From: Phycisphaerae bacterium | GTDB taxonomy: Bacteria > Planctomycetota > Phycisphaerae > SM23-33 | NCBI GenBank assembly: GCA_041946855.1 | Contig: JBHGBE010000003.1 | Coordinates: 47,662 to 111,661, forward strand | Direction: 5' to 3' | Length of the DNA: 64,000 bases | In this document: positions 8,767 through 19,989 of the stretch, piece after piece | How positions within the stretch are numbered: the first letter of the stretch is position 1 | Layout: every line of letters starts with the position of its first letter | The notes under the pieces: model-generated | The model's database searches: none | Told to the model about the DNA's origin: nothing | The model's input: only the letters and a program-made list of their open reading frames with translations | Translations under genes and position numbers: made by a program

Positions 8767-10260
8767 ATGAGGCTCGATACGTCGCAACAACTTCGCCTTG
8801 AGCAGTCGATGAGGCTCTCGCCGCGGATCATCCAGGCGATGGAGATACTCCAGCTTCCGACGATGGCTCTGCTGGAGCGGATCGAGGCGGAGATGCAGGC
8901 CAACCCCGTCTTGGAGCTTCGCGAGGGCGGCGACGAGGAGCCTTCCACCACGCCGGCCGAGACGGGCGGTGCGGCGGAGCAGGACGCCACCGACGGCGAG
9001 CGGCCGCTGGTGGTCAAGGAGGGCGACGGCCACACGGAGGACTTCCAGCGCCTGGCCGACTACGAGGAGGAGTTCGACCCGTGGGCCGGTCCCGGCGGCG
9101 GTCAGCCACGCGCGTCCGCGGCTCCCGGCGAGCGCGACAGGAAGATGGACGCGATGGCCAACACGCCCGCGCCAGAGCAGCCGCTCGACGAGTACTTGAT
9201 GGGCCAGTGGGCGTTCGTCGAGGTCCCGCCGGCCGTAAAGGAGGCGGGCAGGCTCATCATCAACCGCATCGAGGATGATGGTTACCTCAAGACGCCGCTG
9301 GAAGACATCGCCAAGGAGACCACCCCGCCGACGGACCTTGCGGTGCTCGGCGAGGCCCTGCGGCTGATTCAGACGCTGGACCCTATCGGCGTGGGCGCTC
9401 GCGATCTGAAGGAGTGCCTCCTTATCCAGCTTGCGGCCGAGGAGACGGCCGGGCGCAACGTGGAGCTTGAGCGGCTGATCGTGGAGCGGTACCTCCGCGA
9501 CATCGAGATGAACCGCCTGCCTGCCATCGCCGCGCGGACGGGCAAGACCATCGAGCAGGTCAAGGCGGCGCTGGAGACGATCTCGCACCTGAACCCGCGG
9601 CCGGGCACGCTGGTCGGCCAGCGGGCGGCGCCGGTGATCGCCCCGGACATCACAGTGCGGCTGGGCGACGACGGCGAGCCGGTCATCACGATGGACGACG
9701 GCGCCGCGCCTGCCATGCACATCTCGCGGATGTACCGCAAGCTGGCCAAGGACCGCCGCACCGCCCGCGAGGCCCGCGCGTTCCTCCAGCGCAACATCCG
9801 CTCGGCCCAGTGGCTCATCTCGGCCATCCAGCTCCGGCGGCAGACCGTCCGCCGCGTGGCCGAGGAGGTGTTCAAGGCCCAGCGCGACTTCCTGGCCGAA
9901 GGCCCGCAGGCCCTGCGGCCGCTGCCGATGATGGATGTGGCCAACAAGGTAGGCGTACACATCGCGACCGTCTCGCGCGCGGTGGCGGGCAAGTACGTCC
10001 AGACTCCCTGGGGCATCTTCCCGCTGCGGATGTTCTTCGCCGGCGGCACTACCACCGCGGGCGGCGAGGACATCGCCTACGAGGCCGTCCGCGTCCGGCT
10101 CAAGGAGCTGGTCGACGCCGAGGACAAGTCCGCGCCGCTTGATGATGACAAGCTCGCCAAGGAGCTCGAGAAGCACGGCATCAAGATCGCCCGGAGGACG
10201 GTGGCGAAGTATCGCGACCTGATGGATATCCCGCCGGCGAGGAAGCGAAGGCAGTTCTGA
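8767..10260 (+). CDS. rpoN: RNA polymerase sigma-54 factor
   Basis: The N-terminal Gln/Leu-rich activator-interacting region, a core binding domain, the HTH and the RpoN box ARRTVAKYR are present. Confidence 0.95.
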   Translation: MRLDTSQQLRLEQSMRLSPRIIQAMEILQLPTMALLERIEAEMQANPVLELREGGDEEPSTTPAETGGAAEQDATDGERPLVVKEGDGHTEDFQRLADYEEEFDPWAGPGGGQPRASAAPGERDRKMDAMANTPAPEQPLDEYLMGQWAFVEVPPAVKEAGRLIINRIEDDGYLKTPLEDIAKETTPPTDLAVLGEALRLIQTLDPIGVGARDLKECLLIQLAAEETAGRNVELERLIVERYLRDIEMNRLPAIAARTGKTIEQVKAALETISHLNPRPGTLVGQRAAPVIAPDITVRLGDDGEPVITMDDGAAPAMHISRMYRKLAKDRRTAREARAFLQRNIRSAQWLISAIQLRRQTVRRVAEEVFKAQRDFLAEGPQALRPLPMMDVANKVGVHIATVSRAVAGKYVQTPWGIFPLRMFFAGGTTTAGGEDIAYEAVRVRLKELVDAEDKSAPLDDDKLAKELEKHGIKIARRTVAKYRDLMDIPPARKRRQF

Positions 10261-10331
10261 AGTCCGTGATGTGATTTCCAGCCAGAGCCGGTACAATCAT
10301 TTCCCTTGCGGATTACCTTCAAGGAGGTCCC

Positions 10332-12653
10332 GTGTTTGGGTTATGCCATGAGCTCGGACGGATTGCTTCCAAGGCAGCAATCCTCGGCATAGCGGGCCTG
10401 CCGGCGCTGCCGGCCATTGCCGCGCTGTCGCTTGCCATTCACGTCGCACTCGCGCAGGACGCCGCCGCACCCGATGCTCCTGCCGCTCCGGCCGCCGCGC
10501 CGGCACCCGCCATGGGCCGGCCGGCGACAGCGCCTGAGGGCGGAGCGAAGGCAAAGGGGGGCAACGGCGATGCGCTGCTCGGCTCCGCGGACTTCCAGCC
10601 GTCGCCCGAGCATCCATTTGGTTGGCGCGGGGACGGAAACGGCCGGTTTCCGGCCGCCAAGCCGCCACTGACCTGGGGCCGCGAATCCGCAGTCGTGAAA
10701 GGCCTATCCGCGCAGGCGAAAAAGCCCAAGCCGTCGGACAAGGGCCAGCCGGTTCAGGAGGGGGTGATCCGGGGGTGGCTGACGCTCGGCCCTGTTCCCA
10801 TCCCTGCCGGAAAGACGGCAAAGGACGATTTCGAGACGGGGGAAGACAAGTGGGAGCCGGATGAAGGCACGGAGGCCGGCGACCTGAAATGGAGCCCCGT
10901 CGCCCCGGACGGAAGCTGGCTCCACTTCTGGCCCATGTACAACAAGGCCGCTCCGGACGCCAAGGGCGTCGTCGCTTACGCTCACGCCTGGATCCATTCC
11001 GCCCAGGCCAAGCCGGTCTTCATCGATGTCATGGCCTCCGACACGACGCGCATCTGGCTCAACGGCAAGCCAGCCGGCAGCATCAACTCAAACGGACTGG
11101 ACGCGGCCGGCCACTTCAAACTGGACCTCCCCCAGGGATGGAACCGGCTGTTGCTGCGCGTCGCGCCTCATCTGGACACGGGGTGGGCCAAGGGCGTGAT
11201 CCAGTGGCATTTCACCGCCGCGCTCTACGGAGCCGATCCGAACGAATACGAGAGCAAGAACATCCTCTGGTCACTTCGGATGCCGGACAACGGCCCGGGC
11301 GTCGGTTCGCCGGTCCTGGCCGGGGATAAGCTTTTCCTCGAGGCGGATGCCGGCGTCTTGTTGTGCGTCAGCGCCAGCGACGGCAAGCCCCTCTGGGCGC
11401 GATCCAGCACCTATGCCGACGCCGCCAGCGCCCAGGAGCGAAAGCAGAATGCGGCGGTCTTCACCCAGATTGAGCCAATGGCGGCCAAGATCAAGGCCGC
11501 CTTGGACGCCTACTGCGCCGATCCGGGGAAGTACCCGGACGACGTCAAGGCGAAAAACGAGCGAGTCCAACTGGAGAAGAAGATCAATGCTTTCATGAGG
11601 ACGATGGACAGCGAGAAGTATTGCGGCCAGAGCGACAGCGAGGCGGGTGAGTCGGCGCCGACGCCGGTGACCGATGGCCAGAACGTCTATGCCGTGTTCG
11701 GGTCGGGCGTGGTCGCCTGTTTCGACCTGAACGGCAACCGGAAATGGACCACGGCGCTGGACCTGAAATACAAAGAGCACGGGTATTGTGCCTCCCCCTG
11801 CCTGATCGACGGATATCTCGTCCTGGTCGCGAAGAAATATGCTGGCGCCGTCGCGCTGGATGCCAGGACGGGCGAAGTCGCAACGCCGATAGCGTTGTGG
11901 AAGAGCACGCCAAAGGATGAAGCAGATCCTTACAGACACGCTATGTATGGTACCGCGTTGGCGGTGACGGTCGGCGGGCAGAAACTAGTGGCTTTCGCCG
12001 GGAGTGTCATGGCGAGACCCAGCGACGGAAAGGTCGTCACGAAAGGTTTCAAGATCCCCGACTACCAGAGCTTTCTCTCCGCGACGGTGGAGGGAAGGGC
12101 GTTATGCAGCAGCGGTGGAGCCCCCTCCGAAGGCGCCATGGACTTCGTGTTTCACACGCTGCCCGAGGCCTTCACTGAGCCCCTGAATATGCAGGAGGCG
12201 AAACAGGCCCAGTACAACGTCAAGGCGTTTCCCACCTGGTTCGCCTACAACCATTGCGCTTCGCCGCTTCTCTACCAGGGGCTGGCGTATGTCGTCAGCG
12301 TCGATGGCGTCCTGACCGTCATCGATGCCGCGAAGGGAGAGGTCGTGTACCAGAAGCTCCTGGACCTGTCGCCGTTCATGAACCACAGCGGAGTGAAACG
12401 GTGCGGGTGCAGTTCCAGCCCGGCCCTCGGCGGCAAGCATATCTACATCTGGGGCGATCAGGGCGCCGCGGTGGTGATCGAACCTGGGCGCGCGTTCAGA
12501 CAGATCGCGAAGAACAGGATTGAGCAGGGCGTCCACTCCGGGGGGGCGTCGGCCCGCAACGAGTGCTCGATCAGTTGCCCCGTTTTCAGCGGAAGCAGGA
12601 TCTATTACCGGGGCGAACTCAACCTGTATTGCATCGGTGAGAAGCCACGATAG
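10332..12653 (+). CDS. Secreted PQQ-like/BamB-like beta-propeller repeat protein
   Basis: A signal peptide is followed by repeated beta-propeller blades (DGKPLWARS, VACFDLNGNRKW, VIDAAKGEVVYQ). The protein is 773 aa. Confidence 0.55.
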   Translation: MFGLCHELGRIASKAAILGIAGLPALPAIAALSLAIHVALAQDAAAPDAPAAPAAAPAPAMGRPATAPEGGAKAKGGNGDALLGSADFQPSPEHPFGWRGDGNGRFPAAKPPLTWGRESAVVKGLSAQAKKPKPSDKGQPVQEGVIRGWLTLGPVPIPAGKTAKDDFETGEDKWEPDEGTEAGDLKWSPVAPDGSWLHFWPMYNKAAPDAKGVVAYAHAWIHSAQAKPVFIDVMASDTTRIWLNGKPAGSINSNGLDAAGHFKLDLPQGWNRLLLRVAPHLDTGWAKGVIQWHFTAALYGADPNEYESKNILWSLRMPDNGPGVGSPVLAGDKLFLEADAGVLLCVSASDGKPLWARSSTYADAASAQERKQNAAVFTQIEPMAAKIKAALDAYCADPGKYPDDVKAKNERVQLEKKINAFMRTMDSEKYCGQSDSEAGESAPTPVTDGQNVYAVFGSGVVACFDLNGNRKWTTALDLKYKEHGYCASPCLIDGYLVLVAKKYAGAVALDARTGEVATPIALWKSTPKDEADPYRHAMYGTALAVTVGGQKLVAFAGSVMARPSDGKVVTKGFKIPDYQSFLSATVEGRALCSSGGAPSEGAMDFVFHTLPEAFTEPLNMQEAKQAQYNVKAFPTWFAYNHCASPLLYQGLAYVVSVDGVLTVIDAAKGEVVYQKLLDLSPFMNHSGVKRCGCSSSPALGGKHIYIWGDQGAAVVIEPGRAFRQIAKNRIEQGVHSGGASARNECSISCPVFSGSRIYYRGELNLYCIGEKPR

Positions 12654-12691
12654 CAGGCCTTGCGAAAGATGATCTCCATTAAGGAGCATGC

Positions 12692-13603
12692 ATGTTCGAG
12701 CCCAGACGCGAACTTGGCAAGACAGGTTTCAAGGCAACGGTCCTCGGCATCGGCGATGTGGCCGACAGGTCGGTGCCCATAGAGCAGTGCGTCGCGACGG
12801 TGCGGCGGGCTATGGACGCCGGGCTGAACCTCATCGACACCGCGCCGGGCTACGAAGATGGGTACAGCGAAGAGATCGTCGGCCGGGCCTTGCGCGAGTC
12901 CGGCCGGCGGGACAGCATGTTCGTCATCGACAAGATCGACCACCTCGACCGCCCGGTCGCCGATCAGGTGGATGGGAGCCTGGCGCGCCTGGGCATCGAG
13001 GCGGCCGATGCGTTCGTCTTCCACGGCCCATCGACGAGCAAGGCCTGGCGGATGATCGAGGGCGGACTAATGGCCCAGCTCGACGCCTGCCGCAAGGCGG
13101 GCAAGTGCCGGTTCGTGGGCATATCCAGCCACCACCCGAAGGTGCTGGACGCCGCGATCAAGTCGGGCCTGTGCGATATAGTGCTCTTTCCCATCGGCCC
13201 CTGGTGCGACAAGCGGTACGCCAGGAAGATACTCCCGCTGGCCCGCTCGCGCGGCGTGGGGACGGTGTGCTTCAAGACATTCGGGGCGGGCAAGCTGCTG
13301 GGCGACACGACCGGCTACGGCCGGCCGCTGGAGGCCCGCCCGCGCGGCAAGTTCTCAAGCGGCGGGCACGAGCCGCCCGCGCCGACGCTGCCGCACCTGA
13401 CGGTCAGCGAGTGCGTCCGCTACACGCTGAGCGTCGATCCCGACGTGGCGCTGCTGGGCATGAGCTTTCCCAACGAGCAGGATGCGGCGTTCGCGGCGGC
13501 CGCCGACTTCAAGCCGCTTACCCCGGCCGAGATGGCCGAGATTGAAGCCCGCGCCGCCAGGGCCATCGAGGGCAAGGGCAACTGCTGGTGGAACCCGGAG
13601 TAG
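12692..13603 (+). CDS. Aldo/keto reductase family oxidoreductase
   Basis: The AKR motifs LIDTAPGYEDGYSEEIVGRAL and a TIM-barrel core are present. Confidence 0.85.
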   Translation: MFEPRRELGKTGFKATVLGIGDVADRSVPIEQCVATVRRAMDAGLNLIDTAPGYEDGYSEEIVGRALRESGRRDSMFVIDKIDHLDRPVADQVDGSLARLGIEAADAFVFHGPSTSKAWRMIEGGLMAQLDACRKAGKCRFVGISSHHPKVLDAAIKSGLCDIVLFPIGPWCDKRYARKILPLARSRGVGTVCFKTFGAGKLLGDTTGYGRPLEARPRGKFSSGGHEPPAPTLPHLTVSECVRYTLSVDPDVALLGMSFPNEQDAAFAAAADFKPLTPAEMAEIEARAARAIEGKGNCWWNPE

Positions 13604-13680
13604 CAGGAAGTGTTGATTTGTTGCCTTGTTACTTCGCAAAGCGCCACAGGCTGCCAGGGACCGTCCATCTCTCTTCGCGC

Positions 13681-13712
13681 CAATCCGAAATCCGATCTCC
13701 ATAATCCGAAAT
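13681..13712. repeat. 7-nt tandem array (aatccga units)
   Basis: Direct reading shows the array in the intergenic region. Confidence 0.7.
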
Positions 13713-13770
13713 GCCCTTCGCCTGCGCATAAGATTTGATGGATGGGAGAAGCGGAAAGAGGAGTGTAGTC

Positions 13771-14145
13771 ATGGACAAGAGCAGCACAGGCACGGCCGTG
13801 AGCGAGCTGGGCCGCAAGCAGTGCCAGCCGTGCGCCGCGGGGACGGCGGCCCTGTCGGGCGAGCGGCTGGATGAGATGCTGGCCCAGGTGCCGCAGTGGC
13901 AGTGCGTCGAGAACTCCACCAAGATCACCCGCACGTACAAGTTCGCCGACTGGGGCGGGGCGGCCGACTTCGCCTGCCGCGTCGCCGACCTGGCCGACCG
14001 CGAAGGCCACCACCCCGACATTCACCTGTCGTGGGGCAAGGTCACCATCGACCTGTCGACCCACAAGATCAAGGGACTCAGCGAGAACGACTTCATTCTG
14101 GCCGTCAAGATCGACCAGATGCTCGAGGGCTCCGACCTGGAGTGA
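13771..14145 (+). CDS. 4a-hydroxytetrahydrobiopterin dehydratase (pterin-4-alpha-carbinolamine dehydratase, PCD/DCoH)
   Basis: The signature EGHHPDIHLSWGKVTIDLSTHKIKGLSENDFILAVKID is present. A GGAG ribosome-binding site lies upstream of the ATG at 13771. Confidence 0.8.
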   Translation: MDKSSTGTAVSELGRKQCQPCAAGTAALSGERLDEMLAQVPQWQCVENSTKITRTYKFADWGGAADFACRVADLADREGHHPDIHLSWGKVTIDLSTHKIKGLSENDFILAVKIDQMLEGSDLE

Positions 14146-14400
14146 AGTGCATCAACGCAGGGGCCGGGATGGACGCAGAGACATCGCTGGCGGACCAGCA
14201 AAGCTCGAAAATTCCTTTGCGCCCTCTGCGATCTCTGCGTTGAGAGCGGCCTCAATAATCGAAAAATCTTGCCATGATCGGGCGTCATGCAGCTCGAGGA
14301 AAGGGCGGCGCTTGACGCCATCGCAGGCGCGCGACACCATTATGCATGTGGCGAGCGCCTGCTTTTTTGCGCATTGGCGGAGATGACGAATGGCTGGACG

Positions 14401-14512
14401 CAGAATGCCCAATGTCTAATGCCAAATGTCTAAGGAAGGCCAAAGGGCAAGCGTCTCAATGCTCGCCATCGGTGATTGGTTAGACATTAGGCATTTGGCA
14501 TTAGACATTGAG
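14401..14512. repeat. Inverted pair of 7-nt arrays (AATGNCN units: cccaatgtctaatgccaaatgtctaa ... ttagacattaggcatttggcattagacattg)
   Basis: Direct reading shows a perfect inverted arrangement flanking a 45 bp spacer. Confidence 0.85.
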
Positions 14513-14564
14513 CAAGGCGCCTGGAATGGGTAGACGGAAGAAATCCGGTTGAAGGGAGATCGAA

Positions 14565-15386
14565 GTGAGCAAACTGACCATCGGCGTGCTGGTGGGCGTG
14601 TCGAAGACTCCCGCGAAGGAACTTGCCAAGGTCACGGGCCTGGGCCTGCATAGCTGCCAGGTCTCGTCGTGGGACCCGGCCGTGTGGACGGATGAAGTCG
14701 GCAAGGCCCTCATCACGGCCGCGCGCGAGATGGGCGTGACCATCACCACGTTCTGGGCGGGCTACACCGGGCCGCGGGTGTGGAACTTCACCGAAGGCCC
14801 GAAGACCATCGGCCTGGTGCCGCCGCAGTTCCGCGCGCAGCGCCTGGCGGAACTGAAGCAGGCGGCGCGCTTCGCGGCCGCGCTGAAGCTGCCTTCGATC
14901 ACCACGCACGTCGGCTTCCTGCCGGAGGATCCCAACGACGCCCAGTACATCGGCACCGTTGATGCCCTGCGCGAATTGGCGACGCTGTGCCGCGAGCTCG
15001 GCATCGAGTTCTGGTTCGAGACCGGCCAGGAGACGCCCGTGAACCTGCTGAGGACCATCGAGCTGATCGGCACTGGCAACGTCGGCATCAACCTCGACCC
15101 GGCCAACCTCATCCTCTACGGCAAGGCCAACCCGATCGATGCGCTGGACGTCTTCGGCCGGTACGTCCGCGGCGTCCACGCCAAGGACGGCCTGTATCCC
15201 ACCGACGGCCGGCACCTGGGCAAGGAAACGCCGCTGGGCCAGGGCAAGGTCAACTTCCCCGCGCTCGTGCCCAAGCTCAAGTCGCTGGGCTTTTCCGGGG
15301 CGCTGACTATCGAGCGCGAGATCGGAGGAGAGCAGCAGATCAGAGACATCAAATCGGCGATAGAGCTTCTTCGACCGCTGTGCTGA
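14565..15386 (+). CDS. Sugar phosphate isomerase/epimerase (xylose isomerase-like TIM barrel)
   Basis: The Xyl-isomerase-like TIM-barrel sequence is present. A GTG start is preceded by GAAGGGAG. Confidence 0.75.
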   Translation: MSKLTIGVLVGVSKTPAKELAKVTGLGLHSCQVSSWDPAVWTDEVGKALITAAREMGVTITTFWAGYTGPRVWNFTEGPKTIGLVPPQFRAQRLAELKQAARFAAALKLPSITTHVGFLPEDPNDAQYIGTVDALRELATLCRELGIEFWFETGQETPVNLLRTIELIGTGNVGINLDPANLILYGKANPIDALDVFGRYVRGVHAKDGLYPTDGRHLGKETPLGQGKVNFPALVPKLKSLGFSGALTIEREIGGEQQIRDIKSAIELLRPLC

Positions 15387-15420
15387 GGGGCTCGGGCGGG
15401 AACCCGCGGATGACCAGAAA

Positions 15421-15549
15421 GAAAATGGCAGAATGCAAAATGCACAATGAATAAGGCGGAAGTCAGATGATCACTGCACGGCGAGTTCCTGCCTTGACCC
15501 TATGATTCCGCCTCTTGCCTTCTGCACTATGCCTCTTGCCTTCATTTCT
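15421..15549. repeat. Degenerate inverted 7-nt arrays (aatgcaa/ttgcctt units)
   Basis: Direct reading shows them between the convergent isomerase and rsgA genes. The right arm is imperfect. Confidence 0.45.
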
Positions 15550-16696
15550 TCCCTTCCAGTGTCTGGGCCATCCGCAGATAGCTTTCGTATCTTGAGGGCT
15601 GGATCTGGCCCGCCTCGACAGCCGCGATTACGGCGCAGTCCGGCTCGTGCGTGTGGGTGCAGTCGTTGAAGCGGCAGGCGGGGGCGAAACGCTCGAACTC
15701 GGAGAAGTACCACGGCAGCTCGGCGATGTCCATCTCGACGGCCAGCTCGCGGACGCCGGGCGTGTCGACCAGGATTCCGCCCGCGCCGCCGGGCTTGCCC
15801 TCTGTTGTGGGCAGGTCATATACGGCCGCAGCGGCCGTGGTGTGCCGGCCGCGCTGGTCCTTCATGCGTATCTCGCGGACGGCCGCTGACGCGCCGGGCA
15901 CCAGCGCGTTGACCAGCGAGCTCTTGCCCGCGCCGGACGGTCCGGCGAGCACGGTCTTCCTGCCAACAAGGTGCGGCAGGAGCACGTCCAGCCCTTCGGG
16001 CGTGACCACCGATGTGAGGATGGGCTTGAGGCCAAGCTCAGCTATCCGCTCAACCTTCTCGGTATCGGGCGGGCCGAGGTCGGTCTTGTTGATAACCAGG
16101 ATCGGCCGCAGGTCGCCGCGCTCGGCCACGATCATGAACCGCTCGACGAGCGCGGGCCTCAGCTCCGGCTGGCGCGTCGAGGCGACAATGAGTAGCTGAT
16201 CCATGTTGGCGGCGATGACCTTGAGGAAGCCCTCGTCGTCGTACCGGCCGTGATGCTTGCCGGAGCGGGGCTGGGGGCGGGCAAGGAGCGTTTTGCGCTT
16301 TGCGCGAGAGACGATCATGCCATCCGCGCGGAGCTTGTCGCCGTCGTGCGGGCCGGCCAGGGCCCCAGTGACGGCCACCGTCACCGTGTCGCCGACCGCA
16401 AGCGCGCTGGAGCCTTCGGGCGGGCGGAAGGTGCCCGAGATGCCGCAGATGAGCTGCCCCGCACGATCCGGCGACCGGACTATCGCTCCGCCGGGGAAAA
16501 GTCCCACGACCATTCCATCCAGACGCGGCAGGCCCTCGACGTTGTCGGGAACCCCCTCCGGCCGCCAGGCGGGGAGCTTGGTGGCCTTGGCGGTGACGCG
16601 CTGGCGGCGCGGGGCGGCCTCGCCCATCTCCTCGCCTTCGCGGTACACCCGCTGCCAGCCGTGCCGCTTAGCCGACTTGCCCTTCCGTTTGAACAT
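15542..16696 (-). CDS. rsgA: Ribosome small-subunit-dependent GTPase A
   Basis: The circularly permuted GTPase motifs (NKTDL, GPSGAGKSSL, DTPG) and the C-terminal zinc-finger cysteines CxxxxCxHxxxxxC are present. Confidence 0.85.
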   Translation of the reverse strand: MFKRKGKSAKRHGWQRVYREGEEMGEAAPRRQRVTAKATKLPAWRPEGVPDNVEGLPRLDGMVVGLFPGGAIVRSPDRAGQLICGISGTFRPPEGSSALAVGDTVTVAVTGALAGPHDGDKLRADGMIVSRAKRKTLLARPQPRSGKHHGRYDDEGFLKVIAANMDQLLIVASTRQPELRPALVERFMIVAERGDLRPILVINKTDLGPPDTEKVERIAELGLKPILTSVVTPEGLDVLLPHLVGRKTVLAGPSGAGKSSLVNALVPGASAAVREIRMKDQRGRHTTAAAAVYDLPTTEGKPGGAGGILVDTPGVRELAVEMDIAELPWYFSEFERFAPACRFNDCTHTHEPDCAVIAAVEAGQIQPSRYESYLRMAQTLEGKK

Positions 16697-16750
16697 CGAG
16701 CGGGATTATAGCCCCGAAGTGGCGCGGGGGGCAGGGAGGACCGGCGCAAT

Positions 16751-16854
16751 GGAAGACTGGAGGACGGGAGGAAGGGAGGACTAAAGGAAGGGCATCGGTC
16801 TCCAGTAGATTCCTCCTCCCCTCTTCCCTTCCTCCCGTCTTCCCCTCCCTCTCT
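16751..16854. repeat. Inverted purine-rich / pyrimidine-rich low-complexity arms (gggaggaagggagga ... tcctcccctcttcccttcctccc)
   Basis: Direct reading shows them in the intergenic region between rsgA and nfo. Confidence 0.7.
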
Positions 16855-16870
16855 AGTATTCAGCATCGAC

Positions 16871-17830
16871 TCAAAGCTGTCGCCGCACAAGCGACCTGAT
16901 CGCCCTTCCGTTGACAGCGTCCCAGTCCCGGCCGTCGGACTTGCGGATGCCCTTGGGTGTCTCCAGGATCATGGGCACTTGCGCCAGGCGCGGGTCGTTG
17001 ACGAAGTTGCGGAAGCCCTCGCGGCCGATGAGGCCCTTGCCGATGTGGGCGTGGCGGTCCACGTGCGAACCCAACTCGCGGACCGAGTCGTTCAGGTGGA
17101 TCGCCATGAGATTCGCCAGGCCGATGATGCGGTCGAACTCGCACATCGTCCGCGCGTAAGCATCCGGCGTGCGGATGTCGTAGCCGGCCGCGAATATGTG
17201 GCAGGTGTCCAGGCAGACGCCGACGCGGGATTTGTCGCTCAACTGCGCGAGGATTTCCGCGATCTGGTCGAACGTGCCGGCGAGGATGCTTCCCGCCCCG
17301 GCCGTCGTCTCGACGAGAATCTTCGGGAAGCCGACCGCGAAACTGGCACGGGCATCCTGCCCGTGAGTAGCAGGGGCATCTTGCCCCTGCACTTCCACGG
17401 GCGGGACGCCCGTGGTACTCATAAGCGAGACGCCCATGCCACGGTTGGACAGAACCTGGTTCAGGGCGTCGGCGATGAGCCGCAGGCCCACGCGGACATC
17501 GCGATTGCCGCCGGGATGTATCACGAGGTATTCGATGCCGAACGCGCGGCATCGCTCCAGGTCGGCCGCGACGGCCGCGATGGACTTGGAGCGCACCGGC
17601 TCCGTCCCGGCCAGGTTCACCAGGTACGAGCCGTGCGCCACCACGGGCGAGATGCCGAGCCGCCGGCGGGTCGCCTTGAACATCTCCACGGCCGTCTCAG
17701 CGAGCGGCGGCACGTGCCACTGCCTCTGGTTGCGGACGAAGACGGCGACCGTGTCGAAGCGGAACCGGCGGGCCTTCTCCAGCGCCGTGTGCATCCCGCC
17801 GGCGATGCTCAGGTGCGAACCGAGAAGCAT
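16871..17830 (-). CDS. nfo: Deoxyribonuclease IV (endonuclease IV)
   Basis: The protein is a TIM-barrel AP endonuclease with the motifs HGSYLVNL, HPGG and CLDTCHIFAAGYD. The 17932 start in the ORF track reads through the 7-mer repeat; the ATG is at 17830. Confidence 0.85.
   Translation of the reverse strand: MLLGSHLSIAGGMHTALEKARRFRFDTVAVFVRNQRQWHVPPLAETAVEMFKATRRRLGISPVVAHGSYLVNLAGTEPVRSKSIAAVAADLERCRAFGIEYLVIHPGGNRDVRVGLRLIADALNQVLSNRGMGVSLMSTTGVPPVEVQGQDAPATHGQDARASFAVGFPKILVETTAGAGSILAGTFDQIAEILAQLSDKSRVGVCLDTCHIFAAGYDIRTPDAYARTMCEFDRIIGLANLMAIHLNDSVRELGSHVDRHAHIGKGLIGREGFRNFVNDPRLAQVPMILETPKGIRKSDGRDWDAVNGRAIRSLVRRQL
17347..17414. repeat. Three tandem GC-rich mini-hairpins inserted in frame in nfo (CACGGGCAtccTGCCCGTG, CAGGGGCAtctTGCCCCTG, CACGGGCGggaCGCCCGTG)
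   Basis: Direct reading shows the hairpins. The encoded segment GMGVSLMSTTGVPPVEVQGQDAPATHGQDARA is absent from E. coli Nfo at this position. Confidence 0.75.
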
Positions 17831-17837
17831 GAAGACA

Positions 17838-17868
17838 TTGTGGATTGCGAATTGCGAATTGTGAATTG
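17838..17868. repeat. 7-nt tandem array (gattgcg aattgcg aattgtg aattg)
   Basis: Direct reading shows the array in the divergent nfo/archease promoter region. Confidence 0.8.
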
Positions 17869-17924
17869 AAAAGGCGATGAGAGAAGAGGGAAGAGCGAAG
17901 AGAGGGTAGAATCGCCGGGCAATC

Positions 17925-18476
17925 ATGGCCAAGTCTTGCGAGACATTCGATCACACGGCCGATGTTGGCCTGGCGGCGCGGGCGGACACGCCGGGGGAGC
18001 TGTTCGAGGCGCTGGGCGAAGGATTGGCCGATTACATCTGCCCGCGCACGACCGTCCGGCCGCGCGAGAAGCGGACACTGACGGTCGAGGCCGAGGACGT
18101 CGAGGCGTTGGCGGTCGATTTCCTGGCGGCACTGCTCAACGTGATTCAGGCGGACAGGTTCATGGTGACGGCCGTGAGCGTCATGGAGTGCGGCGGCACA
18201 GTCGCGCAGCGACACGGCGCCGCTCTGGCTGGCGCCGATGAAGGTGATTCTCCACGCAAGAGAGACTCGGCCGGTGCAGCCAAAGCGGTGTCGCGTCCCT
18301 TCGGGACTTTGCCACCGCACTCCAAAGTCAAAGTGACGGCCGAGTTGACGGGTGAGCCGTTCGATGCGTCCCGCCACGAGATTCACACGGAGGTCAAGGC
18401 CATCACCTACCATTTGCTGAAGGTTTCGCAGGAGCAAGACGGCACTTGGATAGGCCGGGTGATACTGGATCTGTGA
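17925..18476 (+). CDS. Archease (RtcB activator) carrying an in-frame palindromic-element insertion
   Basis: The N-terminal FDHTADVGL, EAEDVEALAVDFLAALL and the C-terminal EVKAITYH are archease hallmarks. The segment MECGGTVAQRHG...PPHSKV is encoded by palindromic element copy 2. Confidence 0.8.
   Translation: MAKSCETFDHTADVGLAARADTPGELFEALGEGLADYICPRTTVRPREKRTLTVEAEDVEALAVDFLAALLNVIQADRFMVTAVSVMECGGTVAQRHGAALAGADEGDSPRKRDSAGAAKAVSRPFGTLPPHSKVKVTAELTGEPFDASRHEIHTEVKAITYHLLKVSQEQDGTWIGRVILDL
18183..18326. repeat. GC-rich palindromic element, copy 2 (inside archease, in frame)
   Basis: The termini ATGGAGTGCGGCGGCACAGTCGCG ... TTTGCCACCGCACTCCAAAG match copies 1 and 3. Confidence 0.8.
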
Positions 18477-18517
18477 ATTCGCTAGCCGCGATTCGCCACT
18501 CGCGATTTGCGGTTCAT
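18475..18517. repeat. 7-nt tandem array (gattcgc units)
   Basis: Direct reading shows the array between archease and rtcB. Confidence 0.6.
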
Positions 18518-18525
18518 CGAGGTGC

Positions 18526-19985
<1,460 letters not shown>

Positions 19986-19989
<4 letters not shown>

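Noticed and set aside
8449-10296. 615 aa ORF on the minus strand
   Set aside because: It is antisense to rpoN, is Arg/Gly/Leu-rich and has no domain features. It is a typical high-GC antisense artefact.
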